This document shows positions 1 to 10,355 of a DNA stretch of 64,000 nucleotides, one piece after another. Positions within the stretch are counted from its first letter, which is position 1. Every line of letters begins with the position of its first letter. This DNA comes from a virus, in IMG/VR virus record IMGVR_UViG_3300009593_000014, positions 21,155 to 85,154 of that record; one strand, 5' to 3'. Both the position numbers and the translations under genes were made by a program. Under the pieces are notes generated by a model, which saw only the letters and a program-made list of their open reading frames with translations, did no database searches and was not told the DNA's origin.

Positions 1-3000
1 AGAGGATTGATAATGCAACGCGCCACTGCCACCAGAAGCTGAGAATTTAAGGTTCTTTACGTCAGACGCATCATTCACTCCATCAATTATATCAGCGAAG
101 GCATCTATGATTGGGTCAACGATAGCATCTCCCATTCCACTTTCTAATTCGCCTTTTATTTCCGCAAGTTTCGCTTGAAGTATAGGAATTGAGAGAGCCA
201 TATAGGAATCCATCCACTCTAATGCAATTATATCCCATTCAAGAGCGGACTTCCATGTCTCATTTACTTTGTCAAATATGTTTTGGAAGGCGGTGTTTGG
301 ATCAAAGTTTTCTAAGATATTAGTCCAAGTATCAACACTTGTCTGAATAGATGCGCTCACCCCATCCAAGCTTGAGTCAAGAACACCATTCTCACCAAAT
401 GCGCTTTGGAAAGTAGTGTCTGTTATTTGACTTAATGTATCCATCCATGTTTGCCACTCTTCAACAGTTGCAGGAAGTTGTTCTTTTAGTATTTCTACTT
501 GCTCCTGCAATCCTTCACGGATTATTTTTAATCTCTCTGCTTCCAAATCTTTTGCTACATTGATAGCAGCAATAGCCATATCTCTTTCTTTGTTTACTAG
601 ATAATTTTCTCTCTTGTCATCAAGTTTCGTGAGGTTTTCGGCACTTTTTTCTTCATTAATTATGTACTGTACGGATAGGTTCCTAGCGTCTTCAACTCTT
701 CCTTCATATATGGCTAATTGCCTATTGCGTATGAAGTTCTCTTTATCTAAAGCCATTTGGTTAACTATTTCTCTGCGCTTGGACTCATACTGCAGCGTCT
801 TGGTTAGTTCTTCTTCTGCCTTTTTGACTTCTTCTATGGCTTCTATTCGAGCATCGTAAGCGCTTAAGGCAACTTCCGTATACGCATCAAATGCAGCCAT
901 AGCAGCATCAGCTATCCTTGCCAATTCTTCTTTCAATGCGGCTTTCACTTTGTCAACAAATTCATTAACCGCTTGTTGAAAGCCTTTGCCAACGGCATCT
1001 TTTATATCATCAGCAAGCTCTGATTTCTGAGTTTCATTCAAGTCGGTAAACTCGTCAACACCTTCCTCGCCACCTTCACCAACAGCATCAGCAACAGAAT
1101 CAATAAGGTCTGTGCCTCCTATATTCCCCAACAAGCTCCCTACACCTTCGGAAACCGTTCTTGCTAAATCAAAATCCCTTATACCTGACAGAACGTCAGT
1201 TATACTCTTAACCCATCCTGCAGTGGAAACACTCATGTCATCAGCACCTGCTCCGTAATTTTCAACCATCTCAACAAAACCATCAATAAATCCTGTTGCT
1301 GCATCTTTGGCACCGTTTAAAGTGCCTTTTACGTCATCCCCCCAAGATGTCCAATCGAAATCAGGTTTTTCATCTATAAGCCCCACTGCTTCCAAAAGCC
1401 CACCTACGGTTTCAGCAACAACCTCTGCGCCCTTGGCTATCCCTTGACCCATAGTTATAAATGCATCAATTACTTTGAAAGCAAGATCAATGACAAACTT
1501 ATACCATTCACCCAAGACCCTAACCATCAGAACTACGGCCTGCATAATAAGCCTGCCTAGCCAGACAAACGCGTTAGGAATATAATGCCCAACTATCATC
1601 ACTATTTGTTCCGCAATCCAAAGGTGAACATCTACAAATCCCTCAAAGATTGCAGTAATCCAGTAAACTACTGACTGAATCACTCCGGCAAAAGTTTGAA
1701 AATGTTCCTGAACAAAGCCAACAACTTTGCCTATAATCCCGAACACAAACTTCCACATTTTCATAAAGCCCTTCAATATAGGAGGGAGGACTTTGAGTAC
1801 AACATTCATAACTACATCCAAAAAGCCTTCAACAGCGGAAGCTACTTTCTCAAAAATCTCCCCTACAGCATTAATACCAGAGTCTTTGCTTCCATCTCCA
1901 CCTTCCTTCCCAAAGACGGAACCGAATATTTCCATAACCATAGTGCCAATTCTTTTAAAGAAAGCCATAATTTTAGAAAATACTCTCTTAATTATCTCCA
2001 CACCCGGCTTAACAGCCTCACCAAATTGTCCAAGATTGTCTTTAATAACCAGAACAAGGCCAATGATAATAAACAAAATTGAGGTTATACCACCAAACAT
2101 AAAGGCTTTCTTTGCGATTTTACCGGCTACTTTAAAAGCCGTGCCTATAATAAAAGCAGTAGCAACATATGATTTTCTTATTGCATTGTTGGCAAATGAC
2201 ATGCTTCTTAACCAAAACCTACCGGACATGCTTGCTGAGAATCTCTCTACGAGCATTCTCTTAAGAGAACTAATGGTGAACCATTTTTTTATAAACTTAC
2301 TAGCGGCACCAACTTTAGTTAACCATGCCGCACCTGATTTAGTTGCTGCTATTTGCTCTACTACAAATCTCTTCATTGCACTTATGTGGAATACCTTGTT
2401 AATCTTAGCGGCGGCTGCTCTAAATGGACCAATCTTTGGTTTGGGAGGTGCAGGAGGACCATGCATGACTGGTTTAGCAGGACCATGCATTCCCGGTGCC
2501 ATCTCTTCAACCATAACTCCTTGAGCGTTGGTGACGACGTTTGCAGCCGCCCCACCTCTAAATACGGATGTTGATTTTTTTGGAGACTTTGATGCCTCCA
2601 ACAAGCCCGAAGCTTGTTTTTGACCAACTTCACTAAATGCTTTCATTTTCTTAAAAATATTTCCTTGTGTGCCGCTAAGGATCTTGTATTTTGTTGCTAG
2701 ATTGCTAACAAGCCCCCCTTCTTTTATGAGCATCCCCCCAACTTTTCTCATGGGTCCAAGCATCTTGCCTCGGAGAACTGTAGAAACCATCATTGCAGAA
2801 GACATCATTTTCATTTGCGGAACAAAGAAAGCCATAGCACGAGCGACAGTTGCAACAACGATACCCATTTGTGCCAGCATAAATAGCAGTGGGCCCAGTG
2901 CAGCAACAGCGCCAACAATGACTATTATCATTCTCTTAGTTCCTGTATCCATGTTTTGCAACGATGCAACAAAGCGTTGAATTGAAGGTATCAGCCCTTG

Positions 3001-4734
3001 TATTGCTTCATAAAACTGTGCGCCAAATTCTTCCATTAAGTTTCTAAACTGCGACTTAACCTTATCCATCATAGCCGCAGGGCCTGCCAGAACGATCTCA
3101 AGCTCTTGAGCAAAAATCTTTCCAGCCTCAGTAGCGCCCATAGCGTCTATTGCAAGCGCTTTCATTTCTGGAGACAACTTACTGAAAGCCGTGGTCCACA
3201 CTGCGGCATCTGAAGAATTCTCATGCAGCCCTTGACCAAACTTACCCATCGCCTGATCTGCTTTGATAATGTCGGCTCTAAAAGCGTCAATTGAATCTTG
3301 ATCTTTGAAAGCATTCTTAATATCGTTTTGAAAACCATATATATACTCGTTATCTGCTAGTTCTTTACCAAAATCAGCAAATGCACCTTTTCCTCCAAAC
3401 GACATTGCCTGAAAAGCCGTCCCGACACCTTTAATAGAGTCTTCTAAGCTCTCCATCCCCATGACCAATGCAAACAATCTTGAAGCCTGACGTTTACCAA
3501 CTAATTCACCCAAATAAACTAATGCGTCTTTATCGCTAGCGTGCTCAGCAATAAGCTTCATGTTCTCAGCCAATCTGAACATCATCATATTACCTATACC
3601 TAGGTTGGAATGAAATTCCGGCCCTATCATATTTGAAAACTTCTCGGCTGCTTTTGCAGATTTAGTCGTAGGATTGACTAGCCTCTGAATAGAGAATTTT
3701 AATGCGTGAGCAGATTCTGTTGCGTTAAGACCCATCTCTTTCATTCTCGCCAAAAGACCAGTCAAAAAGACTAGCTCTATACCAGCAGCAACAGCGGCAG
3801 GAGATACTTGAGGGAAAGCTTCAGCCAAGTCAGCCATTGACAAGGCTGTCGTGTTTTCCATCATGTTTAACTTAGCAAGCAAACCTCTAACCTTATCTAT
3901 GCGATCACCGGCAGGGTCCATGGCTTTTGTAAGACCAGCAATGTTGGCAATAAAGTCACGACCAACGGATGCTTGAACCTGACCGACTTTTTCGAGTTGG
4001 AGCGTCAATTCAGCATACTCACCAGCCATCTGTTCGATGTTGTTTATACCGTCATTAGAGCCCATCAAGGCAGCGCCCATTTGGGCAAAGTCGGCAGTTA
4101 AACCGGCAACAATAGTTCTACTTACACCAAGCTCTTCCGAAACACGCCGTGTGTTTTCTCTAACCCTATCCATCTCGTCACCGGTTTTACCGAGGATTTT
4201 ACTAGTTCTAACAAGAGCCTTTTCAAAAGAATAAAATGTCTGGATCGCTCTACGCATCCCCATAATAACAGGAAGGCCAAAGCCGACCATCATCTGTCTA
4301 CCTACCCACTGTAGGTTTTTAGCAGTATCCTGTGCTCGCAGAGATACGGAACGAAGGTCTGTGCCCAGTTTTCTCAAAGGCAGAGAAGCCATTTTCACTC
4401 TAGCTACAGCAATCTCTTTGTTAAGGACGCGCCATTCTTTGCTGTTTTTCTTTAGCGCATCACGAGATGCTCTAAGGTCATTGATTTCTACCTTACGAAG
4501 CCCCTTCATGGCTTTCTGATTATTCATCAGATGCTTCATAGTCTTGGCGCTACCCTGCATTATTGCATTTAGACCGCTCTGGATTTCTTTTGAAGACCCC
4601 AAGACCTGATTCAGGGACAGGTTTTGTCTTTTTAAGGTGGCAGTTCCGTTCGAGACCGACAGGAGCAGTTTCTGATACACACCCAACTGGTTCATACCAG
4701 TAATTCTTATATTATGCTCAAAATCTTCTGCCAT
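1..4734 (-). CDS. Tape measure protein (3' part runs off the window)
   Basis: Minus-strand ATG at 4734 reads MAEDFEHNIRITGMNQLGVYQKLL. It is absent from the ORF track, consistent with no stop before the window edge. It follows the tail chaperones, is long and helical, and has hydrophobic segments at ~1500-2950. Confidence 0.9.
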   Translation of the reverse strand, partial: MAEDFEHNIRITGMNQLGVYQKLLLSVSNGTATLKRQNLSLNQVLGSSKEIQSGLNAIMQGSAKTMKHLMNNQKAMKGLRKVEINDLRASRDALKKNSKEWRVLNKEIAVARVKMASLPLRKLGTDLRSVSLRAQDTAKNLQWVGRQMMVGFGLPVIMGMRRAIQTFYSFEKALVRTSKILGKTGDEMDRVRENTRRVSEELGVSRTIVAGLTADFAQMGAALMGSNDGINNIEQMAGEYAELTLQLEKVGQVQASVGRDFIANIAGLTKAMDPAGDRIDKVRGLLAKLNMMENTTALSMADLAEAFPQVSPAAVAAGIELVFLTGLLARMKEMGLNATESAHALKFSIQRLVNPTTKSAKAAEKFSNMIGPEFHSNLGIGNMMMFRLAENMKLIAEHASDKDALVYLGELVGKRQASRLFALVMGMESLEDSIKGVGTAFQAMSFGGKGAFADFGKELADNEYIYGFQNDIKNAFKDQDSIDAFRADIIKADQAMGKFGQGLHENSSDAAVWTTAFSKLSPEMKALAIDAMGATEAGKIFAQELEIVLAGPAAMMDKVKSQFRNLMEEFGAQFYEAIQGLIPSIQRFVASLQNMDTGTKRMIIVIVGAVAALGPLLFMLAQMGIVVATVARAMAFFVPQMKMMSSAMMVSTVLRGKMLGPMRKVGGMLIKEGGLVSNLATKYKILSGTQGNIFKKMKAFSEVGQKQASGLLEASKSPKKSTSVFRGGAAANVVTNAQGVMVEEMAPGMHGPAKPVMHGPPAPPKPKIGPFRAAAAKINKVFHISAMKRFVVEQIAATKSGAAWLTKVGAASKFIKKWFTISSLKRMLVERFSASMSGRFWLRSMSFANNAIRKSYVATAFIIGTAFKVAGKIAKKAFMFGGITSILFIIIGLVLVIKDNLGQFGEAVKPGVEIIKRVFSKIMAFFKRIGTMVMEIFGSVFGKEGGDGSKDSGINAVGEIFEKVASAVEGFLDVVMNVVLKVLPPILKGFMKMWKFVFGIIGKVVGFVQEHFQTFAGVIQSVVYWITAIFEGFVDVHLWIAEQIVMIVGHYIPNAFVWLGRLIMQAVVLMVRVLGEWYKFVIDLAFKVIDAFITMGQGIAKGAEVVAETVGGLLEAVGLIDEKPDFDWTSWGDDVKGTLNGAKDAATGFIDGFVEMVENYGAGADDMSVSTAGWVKSITDVLSGIRDFDLARTVSEGVGSLLGNIGGTDLIDSVADAVGEGGEEGVDEFTDLNETQKSELADDIKDAVGKGFQQAVNEFVDKVKAALKEELARIADAAMAAFDAYTEVALSAYDARIEAIEEVKKAEEELTKTLQYESKRREIVNQMALDKENFIRNRQLAIYEGRVEDARNLSVQYIINEEKSAENLTKLDDKRENYLVNKERDMAIAAINVAKDLEAERLKIIREGLQEQVEILKEQLPATVEEWQTWMDTLSQITDTTFQSAFGENGVLDSSLDGVSASIQTSVDTWTNILENFDPNTAFQNIFDKVNETWKSALEWDIIALEWMDSYMALSIPILQAKLAEIKGELESGMGDAIVDPIIDAFADIIDGVNDASDVKNLKFSASGGSGALHYQSS

Positions 4735-4761
4735 TTTCCCACCTATTATATATTATCTCAC

Positions 4762-5124
4762 CTATTCGCTTTCATAACCAAGTCCAATAGGTAGGTGTGA
4801 AATAGTAAATTCACTATCTAGAGCCATGTCAGCACTGCTTGCTGTACGCTCAGGCGGTACTCTATCTGTTAGGGAATCGTACTCCCCAATAGACTCACCA
4901 CCAATAAGCTGAGCTAGAATATCATAGTCGTTATGACGATTAAACCTAACCGTGTCAACTATGTTAATTAACTCAGGCAGCGATATGTTTCTTTCTATAT
5001 CTTCGATGCTCTTCCATGAGCCAACAGAGACAAAAGCCTCCAAAACTAAGTGATGGAGAGGGAAGGTGTGCCAACTGTCTGACTGTCTGGCAACACCTGT
5101 CCCCTCTCCACCTACTCGTTTGGG
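4762..5124 (-). CDS. Tail assembly chaperone, -1 frameshift extension (G-T type)
   Basis: The -1 frame from slippery C CCA AAC (5124-5118) reads PKRVGGEGTGVARQSDSWHTFPLHHLVLEAFVSVGSW, running into ORF 4762..5043. Confidence 0.85.
   Translation of the reverse strand, partial: PKRVGGEGTGVARQSDSWHTFPLHHLVLEAFVSVGSWKSIEDIERNISLPELINIVDTVRFNRHNDYDILAQLIGGESIGEYDSLTDRVPPERTASSADMALDSEFTISHLPIGLGYESE
5054..5124 (-). promoter_or_regulatory. -1 programmed ribosomal frameshift signal (CCCAAAC plus stem-loop)
   Basis: In-frame X XXY YYZ heptamer, then a long hairpin TGGAGAGGG-ACAGGTGT-TGCCA...TGGCA-CACCT-TCCCTCTCCA. Confidence 0.85.
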
Positions 5125-5435
5125 GCTTCTTCAACCTCGTTACCCATACTTGCGGCCATTAGGCCAGCAAAGCATCGTAGATCCAATGCATCCTCTAGAG
5201 CTTCTTCATCGTTAGCTAAGTCTGGATCAACTTTCTGAAGAGCAATTGCTGCTGCTTTGACCATATTGTCAATATCCTCATCGTTTAATCCTTTAGTTTC
5301 ATCGACGTTAAGTTGGTCTGCAATTTTCATAAAATTACGAAGTTGACGAATGGTAAGAGGATAAACCTTTCTTTCCACTCCATCAGCAAACACTATAACT
5401 TGACCCTCTCGAAGATCTTTGTTTTTTGTAGACAT
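5112..5435 (-). CDS. Tail assembly chaperone
   Basis: 107-aa acidic ORF between the major tail and tape measure genes, ending at a slippery heptamer. Confidence 0.85.
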   Translation of the reverse strand: MSTKNKDLREGQVIVFADGVERKVYPLTIRQLRNFMKIADQLNVDETKGLNDEDIDNMVKAAAIALQKVDPDLANDEEALEDALDLRCFAGLMAASMGNEVEEAPNE

Positions 5436-5521
5436 TTAATTTTCACACCTTTCGTATATTTTCATGTGATATAAATACTATACCATGAATCTACGTTGAT
5501 ACCAACTAATAAACAGTAATT

Positions 5522-6121
5522 TTAACTGTTTGCAGTTACATCAATAATTTTACCATACTCATAATTTGTATCAGAGCTGTTAGGCAAGATCCTGAATTCA
5601 ACAGGGAATGCCACAGCCTCAGCACGCTTCATTGAGTGAGAGCTTGCTGCGTAAGATACGGCTCTTTTAGTTTGGAATATTCTTTTGAGAGTAGTGCTTG
5701 CGGTTGTACCCGGAGCGTTACCAGTAATTTGAAGAACCTTCTCATACGGATATACATTCTCAATACCAAACTTAAATGTTTTTGTTGCGGATGCACCAGA
5801 AACTGTGTCTAAATCAGTCACAATATCTTGTGTAGCCGAGTCTGTTCCCGAAGAAGTAGACTTGTAGTTCCATGCGTGGGCTAGGTTTGTAAGAGTCGCC
5901 TCAGCAAGAGTCGTCTTAACCATAACCTTCACACGAGATTGGATAACTTTAGCAGCGTCACCAAACTGATCAACTTCAATGTCAACCATATCAGGTTCCC
6001 ATGTTAGTTCTACACCTTCCATGGTAGCCCCAACATCAGTTAAAGAACCAAAAGCGGTTCCTGATTCGCCAATCTCTACTGTTGCTTCACCAACAACTAT
6101 ATTTGCAGTAGTAATAGCCAT
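5522..6121 (-). CDS. Major tail (tube) protein
   Basis: 199 aa with siphovirus tube-like motifs (DVGATMEGVEL..VDQF..TTLAEATLTNL), strong SD (GGAGG), position upstream of the chaperones. Confidence 0.88.
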   Translation of the reverse strand: MAITTANIVVGEATVEIGESGTAFGSLTDVGATMEGVELTWEPDMVDIEVDQFGDAAKVIQSRVKVMVKTTLAEATLTNLAHAWNYKSTSSGTDSATQDIVTDLDTVSGASATKTFKFGIENVYPYEKVLQITGNAPGTTASTTLKRIFQTKRAVSYAASSHSMKRAEAVAFPVEFRILPNSSDTNYEYGKIIDVTANS

Positions 6122-6138
6122 TATTTTTTCCTCCTATG

Positions 6139-6339
6139 TTATTCTAGAGTGAACATACGTTTTCCACGTTTGTCCCTCCACCTAGATAATTTTTTAGCGT
6201 GCTCTAGAGGCACCTCGCCTTTTCTTCCCCCTACTCCTCTGGCATTTTGCCACTCAAAGTCATATTGAGCTTTACCAATACGAGCAGAAAAACTAGGCGT
6301 TTTTCCCACATATGTAATAGCAGTATATCCTATATTCAT
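6139..6339 (-). CDS. Small basic hypothetical protein
   Basis: Start trimmed to ATG 6339 (MNIGYTAITY) to avoid overlap with the upstream gene. Confidence 0.6.
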   Translation of the reverse strand: MNIGYTAITYVGKTPSFSARIGKAQYDFEWQNARGVGGRKGEVPLEHAKKLSRWRDKRGKRMFTLE

Positions 6340-6353
6340 TTTTATTGCGAACT

Positions 6354-6812
6354 CTAATCTGCAACATACATGACTGTAAAGTCTAATTGGATAGAGTACC
6401 ATCCCTCCTTTTCAGAAGGCTGAACTGATCTCGATCCAATCAGGCTAGAACTTAGTATACGATTAGTAACATTATTAACATTAACACCTGATTGAACTGT
6501 TGTATCAACGCCCGGACCCCTCGGTCCCCCTCCAACGTCGAACATACTAATAATCTTGTTACTAATCTTAAACAAACGGTCAGCATTAGAATCGTAAATA
6601 ACATACCTTAAACTATCTTGACGTAGTATGTAAGCACTGCTTTCTATATGCCCGGGAATCCAAAAATAAACTAAAAAGGGAGGTTTTGCACTATTTGGTG
6701 CAACCATTGGATATATTTGTAGCTTTTTGCCAGCAACATCTTTTAAACTATAGTTTTCTTTTAATTCATTATTGAAATCATAAACAATAATTTGATCGCT
6801 ATACTCAGGCAC
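6354..6812 (-). CDS. Tail terminator/completion protein
   Basis: IYPMVAP..PPFLVY motif and position before the major tail gene. Probable GTG start overlaps the upstream stop. Confidence 0.7.
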   Translation of the reverse strand: MPEYSDQIIVYDFNNELKENYSLKDVAGKKLQIYPMVAPNSAKPPFLVYFWIPGHIESSAYILRQDSLRYVIYDSNADRLFKISNKIISMFDVGGGPRGPGVDTTVQSGVNVNNVTNRILSSSLIGSRSVQPSEKEGWYSIQLDFTVMYVAD

Positions 6813-7155
6813 TAAAACCACCCCCCTTGCCTTCACTTGTTCTCTTCAAGGCGTTAGACATTTCTTGAAAGCATTCAGAAAAAATGCCGTCAATCTCTGA
6901 GGAGAACTGTTCTTTGGCAAACCTGCCATAATCATCGTTCTCAACTAATTTAGCAGAGAAGTTAAGATTACTAGCGCTGTGCACAACTGTCCAGTGAATA
7001 GACTCTTCTGGAAACCTTGATGCTAACTTAGTTTCTATTCTTTCAGCCGTTGCCTGAGCATTCTGCTGAAATTCAGACATATAGTCCATTTGTTTCCTAA
7101 TCGCCCTCTCTTGGGCTCTTTTGGCAGAAAGAAGTGCTGGATTGCTGTTTAGCAT
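6805..7155 (-). CDS. Head-tail region protein (HK97 gp10-like position)
   Basis: Called from synteny only. Confidence 0.5.
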   Translation of the reverse strand: MLNSNPALLSAKRAQERAIRKQMDYMSEFQQNAQATAERIETKLASRFPEESIHWTVVHSASNLNFSAKLVENDDYGRFAKEQFSSEIDGIFSECFQEMSNALKRTSEGKGGGFSA

Positions 7156-7157
7156 GT

Positions 7158-7535
7158 TTACCCTTTCTCCTCGACTACAACACGAGCAATAATGTATATG
7201 TGATGTGTTCTTCCTGAGTATCCGGGCCTTTTAAGCAAAGACAGAACCTCTAACGGTCCCTCTTCAATAACCTCTCCATGACTATCTCTAACATTATATA
7301 GTCTAGAATTATAACTCACTTTAGACTCAAAATGCCTAGGCACAACTATGCTGTACTGGTTGCTTTCGTTTATATACGGACCCGACTTTCTATCTGTACT
7401 TTTAGGTGAAAGCATACCTTTTATAGTTTCGTGAAAATAAAAGTCAGTAGTTACCTGCCCTGATGGGCTATCTGATTCGTTGTAACTATGAACATCTATT
7501 TGATGTGGGAATCTTAAGAAGGTTTCATTTGCCAT
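7158..7535 (-). CDS. Head-closure/stopper protein
   Basis: 125-aa beta-rich ORF between the adaptor and tail completion genes. Confidence 0.6.
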   Translation of the reverse strand: MANETFLRFPHQIDVHSYNESDSPSGQVTTDFYFHETIKGMLSPKSTDRKSGPYINESNQYSIVVPRHFESKVSYNSRLYNVRDSHGEVIEEGPLEVLSLLKRPGYSGRTHHIYIIARVVVEEKG

Positions 7536-7540
7536 TTAAT

Positions 7541-8488
7541 CTACCCCACATAATCCATTACATATAGTGTGTAATCCATAAGTAATGTATCTGCATCAAC
7601 ATTACCTGTCGATCCATAAAAATCTGAATCAAAGCGATATCTTGTAGTATCCATGTCTACAGAGTGAATTCTGTGGCGGCGATACTCATTATCGTCATTC
7701 ATTAAATCCAATATAAGAAGCTCTGCAGCGTTCTGAACATTGCCGGGAACGAATCTCCACCCGAAAGAACCTGTAACCTTATAGTCGGACTTACTATTAA
7801 ACTTGTTGCTATATGTTCTAGCAACATATGTTTTTCTTGTGTCAGAAACTTTATTCTTAAACCTAACTGAATAAGTCGAACCGAAGTTTCCAACTGAATT
7901 ATATTTTTCTAGATTATTCAATGTTGAATCACTAGAATCGTGTACTGTTTCTGCGTCGCTATCGCCAGAATCAGCAACAACAGTAGTCAAAGTGTCAATA
8001 GGATAAGGCATCCGTAAGTAGCGATTATCAGTGCCGTCCACAATAAAACTTTTTGTACCGTAAAAATCAAAAGACTGTCCACAGTATGTGTCAATAATTC
8101 TCCGAGCTTTTTTCTCAAGTTCATCGAATTTTGCCCCATAAAGTGCTTGTAAATCTGCGTTGTTAGCGAAAAAAGACGCAGAAGTAATATACGGTGTATA
8201 TACATTTAAATAAACCTCACTAGTAAAAGCGGTTCCGCTTTTCTCGTAGGAGAATACAACCTTATGCACTCCGGCTTGAGCCAGAACATAATTATTAGTA
8301 TTAGCTGTAGATTCTCCAAAAGTAACTGAATACTCTCCGGCACTAGCACGAGTACAGGCTGTTGAGGCTTGCACAACACTACTATCGGCAAACTCATGAT
8401 ACAGAGTAGCATTCACTGTATTACTATCAGGATCAGCACCTAAAGATAAAGAAACTGTTTTGCTGGTGTTGATCTTTACATCATCCAT
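7541..8488 (-). CDS. Head-to-tail adaptor with N-terminal Ig-like extension
   Basis: ARRIIDTYCGQSF and GSFGWRFVPGNVQNAAELL motifs typical of gp6/gp15-like adaptors. Confidence 0.75.
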   Translation of the reverse strand: MDDVKINTSKTVSLSLGADPDSNTVNATLYHEFADSSVVQASTACTRASAGEYSVTFGESTANTNNYVLAQAGVHKVVFSYEKSGTAFTSEVYLNVYTPYITSASFFANNADLQALYGAKFDELEKKARRIIDTYCGQSFDFYGTKSFIVDGTDNRYLRMPYPIDTLTTVVADSGDSDAETVHDSSDSTLNNLEKYNSVGNFGSTYSVRFKNKVSDTRKTYVARTYSNKFNSKSDYKVTGSFGWRFVPGNVQNAAELLILDLMNDDNEYRRHRIHSVDMDTTRYRFDSDFYGSTGNVDADTLLMDYTLYVMDYVG

Positions 8489-8575
8489 TTATATTCCTCT
8501 TTTTAAAAACTATACCATTGTGATAATTTTTATTCACAAAGTATGATATAAGAATATAATATCACTAATCAGGTG

Positions 8576-9121
8576 TTAAAACAAACAGTTTTCTTTGGTT
8601 AAAACAGTCCATGCCCTTATAGCATAGCCCATACCAAAAGTAACCCCATATACGTTGACCATTTTTGCTGGCTTTCTTATTACAGGAACCTGAGTGTGGA
8701 GCATGCCAAAAAGACCTCCCGGCTTGAGTAGTCTCATTCCTTCCTTGACTATCTGAGCAGGCCTTGGGTAAAAACCCTCTGTTCCATACAGGTTTTTTGC
8801 ATATTCAGCTGAATATGGTGGATCGACCATTATAAACTCAAAAGATTCATCTTTAAATGGGGTATTTCTGCAGTCAGCTACAACATCAGGACCAGTCTCA
8901 ATTCTGATATCTAGGGTTGTTCCAGAATGCATAGAACCAGCGCAAAGATGCAACACCTTGTCGGGATCATCGCAACCCCAAGCATCAAGAACCCACTCTA
9001 CAAACCTAAGAGGATAGCCTCCACCTTCAGGAAACTCATTAAAATGATCTGTTAATTTTGGGTTGCCGAACATAATGGGATGCCCTTTTCGAGGAGAGGA
9101 AGGATTATGTCTCTTATCCAT
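8576..9121 (-). CDS. SAM-dependent amino-methyltransferase (N6A/N4C-type)
   Basis: VLHLCAG SAM-binding-like motif and catalytic DPPY. Confidence 0.75.
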   Translation of the reverse strand: MDKRHNPSSPRKGHPIMFGNPKLTDHFNEFPEGGGYPLRFVEWVLDAWGCDDPDKVLHLCAGSMHSGTTLDIRIETGPDVVADCRNTPFKDESFEFIMVDPPYSAEYAKNLYGTEGFYPRPAQIVKEGMRLLKPGGLFGMLHTQVPVIRKPAKMVNVYGVTFGMGYAIRAWTVLTKENCLF

Positions 9122-9135
9122 GATTTAAAAACTTT

Positions 9136-9633
9136 CTAAACATTAAACAATCTTTCATGGTCTATAGTTTTTAACTCCGGTTTTGAATCATTTAGTTGTC
9201 GTGACCATCTTTGTTTTCGACCATTCGGCTGATCGTTCCTTCTAGGTCCACTTGTGTGCTTCCATTCTCTACCAAAAGTTAAGGTTTCAAACTTCCATCC
9301 TGAAGCTTTCAGGCTTGAGCCCATTTCTTCTTCTAAAATGTATGTTTGAATACTCTCAAAACCCATTTCTTTAGCAGCCCTAGCTGCTGCTGAGTAGAGT
9401 TGAGAGCAAGCATTTTTACTACCATCAGTAACGAGCCTAGTAACCTCAACTATTTTGTTAGGATCACAACCACGCGCAACCGGTCTGCCAACAATAACAG
9501 CACCAACCAGAACACCTTCGTCATCGACTAAACCCAAACTAAAGCGATGACCGCGAACAGGTTTGTGGTGTCTATGAGCCTTAGTGACCAAATCATTGGC
9601 AACCTTAAGAGTCACAGGTATTATGCTGTGCAT
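9136..9633 (-). CDS. Mom-like GNAT-fold protein (XF1762-like)
   Basis: HRHHKP..GHRFSLG, VGRPVAR, EVTRL..DG..NACSQLY, G.SLKASGW motifs. Confidence 0.7.
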   Translation of the reverse strand: MHSIIPVTLKVANDLVTKAHRHHKPVRGHRFSLGLVDDEGVLVGAVIVGRPVARGCDPNKIVEVTRLVTDGSKNACSQLYSAAARAAKEMGFESIQTYILEEEMGSSLKASGWKFETLTFGREWKHTSGPRRNDQPNGRKQRWSRQLNDSKPELKTIDHERLFNV

Positions 9634-9642
9634 TTTTCTATA

Positions 9643-10353
9643 TTATTCCCAAAGTGCATTCCAAGTAGCAGGACCCACAATGCCATCTCGTGATAGTCTT
9701 GCAGATTTCTGTAGTCTTTTAACTGACCTTAATGTGTTGCGACCAAAAACTCCGTCTGGCACTCCACAATCAAAGCCAACTTCTCCTAAGCGTCTTTGGA
9801 GTACTTTTACTCTTTCTGATCTTTCACGATATCGCATAGGTGTAGAACTTAACTGTTGCTTTATAGCTTCAAGATAAGCGGCTATAGCTTTAAGGTCAAC
9901 CTTAGACTCTTTCTTATCTTCTTTACTCTCAGATAAAGAAGGAGCATCAAACCACCCATCACCATTACGAGGCTGGTGATGCCACCACTCAGAGGCAACC
10001 GTAGGGTGTATTCCATATTCTTTAGCAATATTGTTAACCTCCCAAGTAGATATGCCTGATCCTGTAATCCTAAAGTCTACTGCATAGCAGTACCCATCTT
10101 CTTGTTGCATATGCCATGAGCCACGCCAAAAGTTATTCTTACCGAAGCGTCGATCTGGGTTGGCAGCGAGGTTCCCCCGGCCACTCTTGTATTTTTTATA
10201 TAGGCGCGCCTGAGTCGCATAACTGCGACATCCAGACACAACTTTCACTCTATTTACAATCCTAGCGTCTGCAAAGAAGGCCTCTAGTCTTTTACTAAAG
10301 GTAGGGTGCAGTAAAGACAAGTCAACACTACTACTAGTTACTGGTATAGTCAT
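9643..10353 (-). CDS. Endolysin: M15-type peptidase plus C-terminal peptidoglycan-binding domain
   Basis: SGCRSY..Q, SWH, AVD and EWWH motifs; C-terminal LQRRL..DGVFG..T..DGIVGPATW. Confidence 0.88.
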   Translation of the reverse strand: MTIPVTSSSVDLSLLHPTFSKRLEAFFADARIVNRVKVVSGCRSYATQARLYKKYKSGRGNLAANPDRRFGKNNFWRGSWHMQQEDGYCYAVDFRITGSGISTWEVNNIAKEYGIHPTVASEWWHHQPRNGDGWFDAPSLSESKEDKKESKVDLKAIAAYLEAIKQQLSSTPMRYRERSERVKVLQRRLGEVGFDCGVPDGVFGRNTLRSVKRLQKSARLSRDGIVGPATWNALWE

Positions 10354-10355
10354 TA

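Noticed and set aside
614-4234. Plus-strand ORFs (614, 1696, 1727, 2353, 2669, 4037)
   Set aside because: Antisense shadows of the tape measure gene.
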